Assembly (NCBI RefSeq): GCF_006345805.1
Contig: NW_021832549.1
Span: forward strand, 1-60,707
DNA from: Octopus sinensis
Lineage: Eukaryota
Direction: 5' to 3'
DNA: 60,707 nt
The translations under genes were made by a program, and so were the position numbers. A model generated the notes under the pieces. The model had not been told where the DNA came from, searched no databases, and was given only the letters and a program-made list of their open reading frames with translations. Positions 14,687 through 24,593 of this stretch are shown here, in pieces; position 1 is the stretch's first letter; each line of letters begins with the position of its first letter.

Positions 14687-17600
14687 CCTTGGGCAAGTGT
14701 CTTCTACTATAGCCTCGGGCTGACCAAAGCCTTGTGAGTGGATTTAGTAGGCAGAAACTGAAAGAAGCCTGTCGTATATATATATATATATGTATATGTG
14801 TGCGTGTATGTTTGTATGTCTGTGTTTGTCTCTCCAACATCGCTTGACAACCGATGCTGGTGTGTTTACGTCTCCGTCACTTAGCGGTTCGGCAAAAGAG
14901 ACCGATAGAATAAGTACTGGGCTTACAAAGAATAAGTCCCGGGGTCGAGTTGCTCGATTAAAGGCGGTGCTCCAGCATGGCCGCAGTCAAAGGACTGAAA
15001 CAAGTAAAAGAGTAAAAGAGTATATATACATCTCTCTCTCTCTCCCTGTATATATATATATATATATATCTGTATATATATATGCTGAGATGGTAAGTTA
15101 ATTTTCTGCTTGTTGTCCCCCTATATTATTGTTTGGTTAATATGTCTGACAACTCAGCTGCCTACGTCCTCCACCCCCACCCACCCACCCCACCCACCCA
15201 AAAGAGGGGAAAGCCCCAGTAAAACTGTTGCAGGTACTTACAGTCTTCTATCATGTTTCCTACCTCGCTCTCTCTGTTGGGTTTTCCTGTGATCTCATGG
15301 ACTGAAAGCAAAGAAATAAGTACAATTTAGAAACGTTCGAAAGAAAAGATGTATTCTTCTTAAATGCTGGGTTTTTGTGGGAGGCAGAGCAGGGGGCTGT
15401 TGCAAGGGTTTTCCTTGTGGCAGCAGGATTGATGTTGCTAATGCTGTCACGTTAACCGTATTGTCAATGATGCAGTTTACTATATGGCTTGAACCAATTC
15501 TACTCTATGGCTCAGAAACCTGGACATTATCAAAGAAGCTTGAGAGGCGGTTGGATGGAACCTACACTCGCCTCCTTATGAGAGCTCAAAATCTCTCGTG
15601 GAAGCGCCATCCAACCAAAATGCAAATATATGGGAAACTACCACCTGTGTCATCTCTTGTGAAAGGTAGGAGAGTCCAGTTTGCTGGATATTGTTGTTGA
15701 GCTCAGAGGGCGCACACTCTCCTACCCTGATGTAATCTCCAGGGATACAGGCATCCAGCAACAGGACCTCCGTAATGCCATGATGGACCGTGAAGTCTGG
15801 CGTAGCATGGTAAATTCCATTGCCTTGACCACGGTCGAACAATGATGATGATGATGATGCAGTTTACACAGCTTGTGTCTGGTGGGGACACTCCACTTGC
15901 TGGTTGTATTGGGGGTCCACAATACTCTCCTCAATACAGACCAGTTTCTGTAGCAAGATCTCAGCCTGTTTTCTTATATCCACTGAGACATCTGCAGGAA
16001 AGATACGAGTAGAGAGGAGATTCTGGCAGATTAAGGGTCGTGGAAGGACTGGGGGGTAGTGGTAAGTGTAGGGTCCTAGATGGACGAACATAACAAGGGT
16101 GACAAGGAGTGATTGGATACATAAATAAAGCAGGGGTACTTGAGTGGAGGAGGTGTGTTGAGAGAGGGAGAGAGGGGCTGTTTATAGTAGCATGGAGTGG
16201 AAGATGGAAATAAAGAATACTGTGGTTTCCATGGTAACATAATAATGAAAGAAATAATACAAAAAATATATACCCCAGCATGGCCACAACCCTGAAGCTA
16301 GAAATACATGTAAAAATAATCAAATAGTCTTGTTGAACTGGTTTTTTTAAAAAAGTGGTTTGTGTTTCCTGTAAGGTCCAGTCATCGACTTTACATTTAA
16401 AATTTAATAAATGTTGCCTGACCAACCTCAACAATTGTTCTGTATCACCACTGGAACCAAAGGGACAGGACGGGCAACATTTTAAGATAAATATGTCTCT
16501 AATAGACAGAACAAAATGGGTTGGAAAGAGAGTAATGAATGCTGGAGTCCTAGAAAAGCTGAAAGTTAACTAATTGCTGAAAATCAAATTTACAATCTGT
16601 GATATTTTGAACATAGAATGCACGACAAGTCACTTCCAAAGACAATCTGGAGAGAAAGCATTGAAGGGAAGAGAGCAAGAGGCCTTCATAAAGCCCCCAG
16701 TCCAACCTGTAATGGGGTTGGCATGAGGAAAGGCATCCCAGCCATGGAAACTCTGCAAAGCAGACAATGGAGTGTAGTGCTTTTCTAGGGCCCATCAGAT
16801 CCTGTCAAATTAATTGTCAAACCCATGGCAGCAGGGAACATGGTGATGATGATGATGATGATGATGACATATACACACATAAATAAATATGGAATGAAGT
16901 GATGAAAGCCAATTTCAGGAAGTTGGGCTTCATGGAGATGACAATAGACCAAGATGTCTAGCAATGTGAACTTCTTGAAAAGACTTGCCCACTTCAGTGA
17001 AATTGAGTTCTAGAAGAACTGTGGGTTCCTCCCACACATTACGAGAAAACTCTTCCCCAACAAACCAAACTAAATCTCTCTTCTTGCTCACATTTCTTCT
17101 TTCCATGCCCTCCACCTCTTTCCATGCCCAGGTCTTACCAGTCACCGCATACCCCCACACACACACTCTTTGCATTCATGTGAAGTTACTCCTCCCTACT
17201 CATACACCTTAGTAATACCCTACCATTTATATTCTGACCCTGTGTCTTGAGGGCATGCCCTTCCACTTTGCCTATAACTATTTTCCCCTGGTTCTTCTCT
17301 CCCATCCCATTTATACCCTGATCCCTATTCTTTGTGCGCATGCCCTTCCACTTTGTCATTATCTCTCTCCCGCTCTCTTTCACTCTCCCTCTTTTTCTTG
17401 TTCTGTCCCTTTTTCTGCATTTCTTCTACAGCAACACACCTCTTACTGGCCTCACCCTTTATCACTCCTCTCTCTCTGACCGTGTAACCATGGACCTCCC
17501 CTACAGCGAGATCCCCTCCTCCAATGCCCCCTTTCCCTTCTCAAAGGATCTTTGTTTTGCAAGTTACTCGGTGACCCTGCCAGTGCTGCTGCCCTATAAA

Positions 17601-18279
17601 CAGTACTCAGTTCACTCAGCAGAGTGGTCAGTGTTTGGAAAGGCATCCAGCCATATCTAAAAAAAAACATGCCAAACAGACAGCGAAGTCAAGGGCAGTC
17701 TCAGCCTGGCCAGCGCTTGCCAAACCGTCCAACCCATGCCAGCATGGAAAGCGGACGTTAAATGATGATGATGATGATATATATATATGCAATATGTCCA
17801 ATATAAATATGGTAAGACCATTGTTCAAAGAAGGACTCAAAACATAATTATGTAGAGTTTATACAACATTTTGAGAGTAAAAGAGCTCTTTTGAGAAGCT
17901 GACTGTTTCGTGGATCCGTTTGATATGACTCGCCCTCGTGAAATGGGACAAGCTCTCAGTGATACCAGTTTCTATCGAAATAATACGTACACATGTATAC
18001 AAACATTAGTTTAGGTCAACAAGTTCGGGGGAAGGGGATAAATGAGGGGGGAAGTCGGTTACATCGAACCCGGTGCTCAACTGATACTTATTTTATCGAT
18101 CTCGGTGGAAATTGAACTCAGAACATAAAGACGGACGAACTACCGTTCAGCATTCTGTCCGGCGTGCTAACGATTCTGCCAGCTCGTCGCCTTACGCGTG
18201 TATATAAATATTGAAATAACACACACTCACACATATATACATGCATACATATTAAAACTAACAATGTGTGTGTGTGTGT

Positions 18280-18313
<34 letters not shown>

Positions 18314-18704
18314 GAGGGTGAGTGAGTGAGTGAGTGAGAGAGGTATTGGTATCTAGAAGACCCAAAGAGTGACAGGTAACTCTAAGTAAGTGCTATGGAC
18401 AGACCCTAGTTAAACTCTTGGTTCGATAGTAACACGAGCGAGGAGTTTAATGTGAGTCTTGTATTAGCATGCATATATATATAAATATACATATATATAT
18501 TAGACAAAAAGAGATAACAAAGCCAAGCGTGCGAGGAGTTTACAGGACATTTATAAGGAAAAAGAAATAGATATAGTCTTAAAGCTGTAAGACTATATAT
18601 CTTTTATCTTATAAATGTCTTGAAAACTCCTCTTGGTTTTGTTATTGTCTAATTTATGTATGTATCTATAATGTAATATATATATATATATATATATAAT
18701 ATAT

Positions 18705-18735
<31 letters not shown>

Positions 18736-18841
18736 ATATGTATGTGTAATATATAATATATATATATGTATGTGTATATATATATATATATATGTATGTG
18801 TATATATATATATATGTATGTGTATATATATATATATATAT

Positions 18842-18872
<31 letters not shown>

Positions 18873-18973
18873 ATAATATATATATATATATGTATGTATG
18901 TATATATATATATATAATATATATGTATGTGTATATATATATATATAATATATATATATATATATTATATATG

Positions 18974-19021
<48 letters not shown>

Positions 19022-19216
19022 AGATATGTATGTATGTATTGAAGCTAATAAAGACGTATGTAGAAATATATCAAAAGTGAAATTACTTTTTTTAAAAGGG
19101 TTTATACTGAAGTTTGTAAAGAGTTGTTGGTGCCTTTTCTCTTTCTTCACCCTTTCCGTCCAGTTCTTCTCGAAGTTGACCTTATTTAAGGTACTTGTGT
19201 TGGTGGGATGTGCCAT
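704..19216 (-). CDS. CFAP144: CFAP144/FAM183-family ciliary microtubule-associated protein, 4 coding exons (19216-19087, 15301-15242, 4389-4286, 811-704), 133 aa
   Basis: The spliced CDS is 402 nt with GT-AG introns of phase 1,1,0. It reads [133 protein letters not shown]. The motifs KE.R.Q.L.T.(F/Y).(I/V)NP, KKY..PQTE.QE(I/V)GW and DRRL match FAM183/CFAP144 as I recall it, and so does the length. Confidence 0.88.
1068..3900. repeat. Tandem satellite, ~50-bp monomer (GTCATAAGAGATGTCTTAAAGAGATTGTGAGGTCATAGTGAGTTAATGAC), roughly 55-60 diverged copies, in CFAP144 intron 3
   Basis: Monomer visible throughout, with some shortened units. Confidence 0.92.
4286..4389 (-). CDS. CFAP144: CFAP144 coding exon 3 ([34 protein letters not shown])
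   Basis: Acceptor ctttttcag, donor GTAACA; contains the most conserved family motif. Confidence 0.9.
6720..7060. repeat. Long degenerate (TA)n microsatellite (representative; many other TA, CA, GA and TCTA tracts, e.g. 9160-9530, 13070-13230, 18660-19025, 21085-21153)
   Basis: Direct inspection. Confidence 0.95.
8383..8900 (+). mobile_element. R2/R4/Dong-type non-LTR retrotransposon, REL endonuclease 3' fragment
   Basis: [22 protein letters not shown]...ISGALG. Confidence 0.8.
10255..11237 (+). mobile_element. RTE-clade LINE 3' fragment (RT C-terminus, 3'UTR minisatellite, (GAT)n tail)
   Basis: ORF 10267-10710 LHGSETW...[10 protein letters not shown]...RGRPRKTW. Confidence 0.9.
11385..11670 (-). 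mobile_element. Helitron-like non-autonomous 5' fragment with internal 15-bp hairpin (11392-11428)
   Basis: TATATATAAAACTGAGAATGTGTGTCTGTCTG...AACTACTCAACCAATTTCATTCAAATTTTACAC, a typical Helitron-N head. Confidence 0.55.
15242..15301 (-). CDS. CFAP144: CFAP144 coding exon 2 (60 nt; [19 protein letters not shown])
   Basis: Acceptor tttctttgctttcag and donor GTAAGT; phases 1/1 fit the neighbouring exons; absent from the ORF track. Confidence 0.85.
15480..15860 (+). mobile_element. Second RTE-like LINE family 3' fragment with (GAT)n tail
   Basis: [35 protein letters not shown]...RRVQFAG. Confidence 0.8.
18500..18652. repeat. Imperfect fold-back element in (TA)n
   Basis: gaggagtttacaggacatttataag...atatagtctta / taagactatat...cttataaatgtcttgaaaactcctc. 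Confidence 0.7.
19087..19216 (-). CDS. CFAP144: CFAP144 coding exon 1 (MAHPT...INPFKK +1 nt)
   Basis: ATG in strong context (ataATGG) at 19216; donor GTAATT follows 19087. Confidence 0.85.
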
Positions 19217-19378
19217 TATTAGTTGGAGGACGACGGAGAAAGACAGTCTGACAGATAAATAGATAGATAGATAAATCAGAGAGGGTGACAGACAGACAGG
19301 TAGTGATGGAGGAGGAGAGAGAGGGAAATAGACAGAAACAAAGAAACCGAGAGGAGCACTGAGAGGTTTGATTACATA

Positions 19379-19391
19379 GTTGCCTAGCAAC
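19379..19391. promoter_or_regulatory. RFX X-box GTTGCCTAGCAAC upstream of CFAP144
   Basis: Near-palindromic match to GTNRCC-N0-3-RGYAAC, 163 nt upstream of the ATG of a ciliary gene. Confidence 0.7.
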
Positions 19392-19650
19392 CAACAGCAG
19401 CAGCAGCAGGAGCCACCCCTGCATCCAGTCAGCTAAAACATAGGACAGCAGATCGACAGCAGCCGATGCAGACATTTGACAAACACGAATCCGTTTAATT
19501 TCGTATTGTTTTGAGCTTATAAACACAAAAATAACTCATAGATAATTAATCAGTCAATTAATTATACAAACTTATAAAACTTCGTCACTCGGAACAAATT
19601 TGTATAAATCATGCAAAGATAGCCTCTCACATAACCGTAGTTTCGCATTT

Positions 19651-19691
<41 letters not shown>

Positions 19692-21083
19692 GCAACAGCA
19701 AAAACAAAAAGACAGCAACACCAATAGGATTACCAACAGTTTTTTTTAAAGCTACAAATATTTCTTCATTTATCTATCGATATTAATTTGGTTTCCTGGT
19801 AGCAGACGTTCTCTGATCAGCATAGTATGTATAAACATTTTTCTCTCTCTCTTGTTACACACACACACACACACACACACACCTGGTGGTTGTCCACTCC
19901 TTATGCAGAGTCTGACCCCTTCTTGTTCTAACCTCTCAGATGCATCATGGCGTCTGATGGGGCTTTTTAAACCAGACAGTGTATTGAAAAGACACCCACT
20001 GAGATTGCATATCTTATTTGAATGACCAAGAACTGCAGTTAAGTTCTGATTTTTGTGGATTAAAAGGTGTGCACAGACACATGGGCAGAATAGTTGGTGG
20101 AGGCAGGTTTTTCATGGATCCTCAAATGAGATTTGAGCCCCCCCCCTCCCCCAAAAGGCATGATCTGTAACAAACTGTGCACACAAAAAGGTCACTGAGA
20201 TTCATCGTCTCAATGGCATAAATCTCTCTCGAGTCTTGCATGTGTCATCCTGGCCTCCTCAAATGCTTTCACTCCACACTTTTGTTTACCATCCAGCTCG
20301 ACCTGAAGCAAGGGTTTCTATGTCCTCTGGATCCTTAACAAGTGACTTCATGGCAGTCCTTGCACTGTCCTTAAAAGATCTCTCTCTTGTGAATTACTTG
20401 GTGAGCCTGCCACCTAAAAAGAATCTAGTCCATACTCCACAGTGGTTGGCATTTGGAAGAATATCCAGCTGTAAAAACCATGCCTAAGTAGACCTCACTG
20501 GTGCTGGTGCTATATAAGAATTACTCAATCCACTCTGTAAGGGGGTCAGTGTTAGGAAGGGAATCCAGCCATAAAAGACCCATGCCAAAACAGACAATGA
20601 AGCCTGGTGCAGTCTTCTGGCTTGCCAACTTCTGTCAAACTATCCAACCCATGCCAGCATGGAAAATGGACACTAAATGATGATTATAATGATAATGGTG
20701 ATTATGATAACATGTAGACAGGATTAAAATCCAGGCTGTGTCCTCTTGAATCACATCTGTTTATTCCAATATTCCAAATCCGTATGTAGGTGTTTATACT
20801 TAGGCAGAAGAGTTGAAAATTCTGGAAAATATTTTCTGCAGATGAATAGTTTCAAAACGGGGGACTGGAAGAAATTTTTGGCGTTATTTATTCACCATTA
20901 CACATGTTTCATTTGCTAATAGGCATTACAAAATTAAACAGGGAGGAGGAAACATGTAAGATACAATTTTGCAACTCTTTTTAGCAAGTCACACACACAC
21001 TCATTTCAAAAGACTTAGTGTTCCTTCTCTTCAGGTATTTTTCTACCTGTCACAATTCCATATATATATATATATATATATAT

Positions 21084-21158
<75 letters not shown>

Positions 21159-21245
21159 GATAATTAAGATTTAGTTGCATTAGGTACTTAAGTTGAGGCA
21201 CCCAGTCAGTCTGGTATTATCTGCACAGCTTGGTATTATCATTCA

Positions 21246-21292
<47 letters not shown>

Positions 21293-21320
21293 ATATATAT
21301 ATATATATATTATATATATA

Positions 21321-21505
21321 CTTTATTTAAAGCAGCAGAAAATTTTAAAATATTTTAACAAAATTGTCCGACAAACGGGAACGTGAAACTCAGAGTAACA
21401 GGTTTTGTTGAATTTTCTGCTGCTTTAAATAAAGCATATTACTCTACCCCTGGTATTTAAGTACTCTTTTTTCCACCTTGTTTCACATTTATGTGTTTAC
21501 TCTGG

Positions 21506-21587
<82 letters not shown>

Positions 21588-21734
21588 CCAGAGTAAACAC
21601 ATAAATGTGAAACAAGGTGGAAAAAAGAGTACTCAAATACCAGTAGTAGAGTAATATGCTTTATTTAAAGCAGCAGAAAATTCAACTCAGAGTAACAGAT
21701 TTTGTTGAATTTTCTGCTGCTTTAAATAAAGCAT
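21321..21734. mobile_element. Two partial copies of a ~250-nt fold-back element (about 108-bp arms) separated by (TA)n; hammerhead-like apex at 21364-21401
   Basis: Arm 21398-21505 is the reverse complement of arm 21588-21686; further copies at 41350-41432 and 60612-60707. Confidence 0.8.
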
Positions 21735-21744
21735 ATATATATAC

Positions 21745-22554
21745 AGCTCTTTCCTGCAATCAGACCTGGACACAATGCAGCAATGGATCACAGACTGGCA
21801 ACTGAAACTGGTTGTGGACAAGTGTACCACCATGCATTTTGGGAGAAAAAACCCTGCGTCCACATCCCCCTCCACAACACTGATATCAAGAAATCCTCTT
21901 GCGAGCCTGACCTAGGCATCACTGTCAACAGTGATTTGCGTTGGACAAAGCATATCTCTAAAATTGTCAAGAAGGCCGAGGGTGTCTTGGCATCACGCAG
22001 CAAGACTTTTGTTAGCCGCTCTCCAGCCATCTATTTAAAACTGTATACAGCTATGGTACAACCACACTTGGAATTTGCATCATCAGTCTGGAACCCCTAT
22101 CTTGCTCAGAACATTGACCTCCTGGAATCTGTTCAGAGACGTGCAACCAAACGCATACCCTCCATCAGACACCTACCATACTCTGAGCGCCTTGTTTCCC
22201 TGGACATGGATTCACTGAAGCTCCGGCGTCTGGCGATGGACTTGGTAAACACCCACAAAGTTATCAACCACCTCACCAACAACAACACTGAACACCTTTT
22301 TGATCTTCATGTGTCTAACACACGTGGACATGCCTACAAAGTCAGAAAACAACACAGCTCCCATGACTTTCGGAAACATTTTTTCACGCTCAGAGTTGCT
22401 GAAACATGGAACAAACTGCCTGCGTCAGTTGTTGACTGCCATGACACTGCATCCTTTAAGGCCCTCATGCTTTCCGAAATCCGCCGAAACTACACCTGAT
22501 TATACATACACTTTAGATGAGTTGTAGTGCACCTGAGCACTGTACACAATGTTT

Positions 22555-22570
<16 letters not shown>
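21745..22570 (+). mobile_element. CR1-clade LINE 3' fragment with (TAT)n tail
   Basis: DLGITVNSDLRW..HISKIVKKA...PHLEFASSVWNPY...LESVQRRATK...FF.LRV...WNKLP; truncated minus-strand copies at about 36330-36720 and 55690-56040. Confidence 0.9.
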
Positions 22571-22585
<15 letters not shown>

Positions 22586-22600
22586 TATAGATAGATAGAT

Positions 22601-22697
22601 AGATGTTTTCGATCTAGTTTGGATTCTTTGCCATCAAATTTGAATTTTTTGCAATCAAATTTGATGGCAAAGAATCAAAACTAGATCGAAAACATCT
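22601..22697. repeat. Small fold-back, 43-bp arms with one mismatch, 11-nt spacer, flanked by (GATA)n and (TATC)n
   Basis: agatgttttcgatctagtttggattctttgccatcaaatttga and its reverse complement. Confidence 0.85.
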
Positions 22698-22732
22698 TTC
22701 TATCTATCTATATATCTATCTATCTATCTATA

Positions 22733-23316
22733 GAAGACATGTTGGGGCAAGTGAAATCGAAATCGAAATCGAATTGAACCAGCCAGGATCCCTGGTCTGG
22801 TGGTACGTAAAAAGCACTATCCGACTCGTGGCCGATGCCAGCGCCGCCTCCACTGGCTTCTATGCCGGTGGCACGTAAAATACACCAATCCGACCGTACG
22901 ACAGGCACCCATGCCAACCCCCCTTTACTTGCGAAGACATGTTGGGGCAAGCGAAAGCGAAATCGAATTGAACCAGCCAGGATCCCTGGTCTGGTGGTAC
23001 GTAAAAAGCACTATCCGACTCGTGGCCGATGCCAGCGCCGCCTCGGCTGGCTTCCGTGCCGTTGGCACATAAAATACACCAATCCGACCGTGGCCGTTGC
23101 CAGCCTCGCCTGGCACCTGTGCAGGTGGCACGTAAAAAGCACCCACTACACTCACGGAGTGGTTGGCGTTAGGAAGGGCATCCAGCTGTAGAAACATTGC
23201 CAGATAAGACTGGAGCCTGGTGCAGCCTTCTGGCTTCCCAGATCCTCGGTCAAACCGTCCAACCCATGCTAGCATGGAGAACGGACGTTAAACGATGATG
23301 ATGATGATGATGATGA
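22733..23316 (+). mobile_element. RTE 3'UTR-only insertion with an internal 200-bp tandem duplication
   Basis: Same tail as the RTE fragments. Other short tail copies lie at about 5805-6127(+), 13225-13418(+), 29460-29577(-), 36750-36960(-), 38180-38540(+), 49715-49910(+), 50943-51200(-) and 58628-58890(-). Confidence 0.85.
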
Positions 23317-23827
23317 ATATATATATATTGTTTGTAGAAAAACATAAATCCGGAGAAAAAGCACACTCTAAGATGTAGAGCATGTTTTGAAGGGGTTTTA
23401 GGCCAACAGGTTTGGGATCTGACAATATACCATAAGGCCAAACCCCTTATGGACGGGAAATCCAGGGTAATCCCATAATCCGCCCTCTCCCATTATAATC
23501 TATCTATTTATCTATCTATCTATCTATCTATCTATATCTATCTATGTGTGTGTGTGTTTCTGTGCTTCCCACTCACCACTTGACTTCCTGTGTTGGTTTG
23601 TTTACATCCTCAAAACTTAGCGGGTCACCAAAAGAGAACCATAGGCTGAGTACTTGACTTAAAAATAATCAAATACTGGGGTCAATTTGTTCGACTAAAC
23701 CCTTCATGGCGTTGCCCCAGTATGGCCACAGTCTAATGACCGAAACAAGTACAAAAATATTACAAATATACACTGGCATGTAACCTTTAACTAAAGCGGC
23801 GTCAGTTAAACTGTTAGCAAGAATGAT

Positions 23828-24243
23828 GGGTAACGTACAAAAATATCTTGGCTATTCTGAATGACGGAAATCAATGAATAAACGTTTAAATAATAAGTTA
23901 TTGTTATAGAAAAGATGATTGATTTAAATTTCGGTTTTATTGTCAACTTATTTTTGTTTAGTTTACTTATTAAAGCTAGCAATTTTTGAAAATAAGATTT
24001 TTTTTTCTTATTTCGAAAATTAGAAAGAAAATTACGAATATTTGTTTGGGAGTTTTCGGAGTAGAAATATATAAATGAAGATTTATATTTGTTCTGGCTA
24101 GAAATTAAATCTAACCTACAAGATATAATGACGATAAGTTTCAAAAGAAGAAAAAAAAGGACGCAATTTCATGATTCGTTTTGTTTTAACGCATTCATTA
24201 AGTTTCGTTCCATTAGGAGAGCCAAGATATTTTTACATTCCCC
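23828..24243. repeat. Decayed inverted-repeat element (~60-bp imperfect arms, 15-bp perfect core) just upstream of the putative FZR1 promoter
   Basis: AAAAATATCTTGGCT (23839-53) / AGCCAAGATATTTTT (24220-34); GGG and CCC ends. Confidence 0.6.
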
Positions 24244-24454
24244 ATTAATTGGTTTATTTGAATGAAAGCCGTTTTCTCCTGACTTCGCCTAAATTTAAAA
24301 AAGAAATATTCTTCAACAGAAACGACCTTTTTACGATTTTAAAACGTATTTGTTAATTATTTAAAACGGAATTTGATGTTTAAAGACATTTTTTCCGTAT
24401 TTTTGACTCCCAGATTTTATATTTTTACCCGCTGGTTTCCCATGATGCTCCATT

Positions 24455-24593
24455 TCAGTCGGCCATTTTGTCACTGTTTATTTTGAAAATCTCCGACATT
24501 TGACTCCAACCCTGACATCACTTGACCGGCCTCAACCCAGGCTCATATACACCGCTGCCTCTCTACACACTTTCTCTACCTTCTGTGGTGAGT
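24455..24593 (+). promoter_or_regulatory. FZR1: Putative FZR1 core promoter and non-coding exon 1 (about 24457-24587)
   Basis: Initiator-like TCAGTC at 24455-24460 directly followed by YY1-type GGCCATTTTG; ATG-free stretch; GTGAGT donor at 24588; the first coding exon has an acceptor that needs an upstream donor. Confidence 0.5.

Noticed and set aside
6402-19262. Many YI/CV/HT-rich ORFs in the ORF track (e.g. 6745-6933, 9213-9589, 13759-14080, 18770-19042)
   Set aside because: Translations of (TA)n, (CA)n and (TCTA)n microsatellites, which lack stops in some frames
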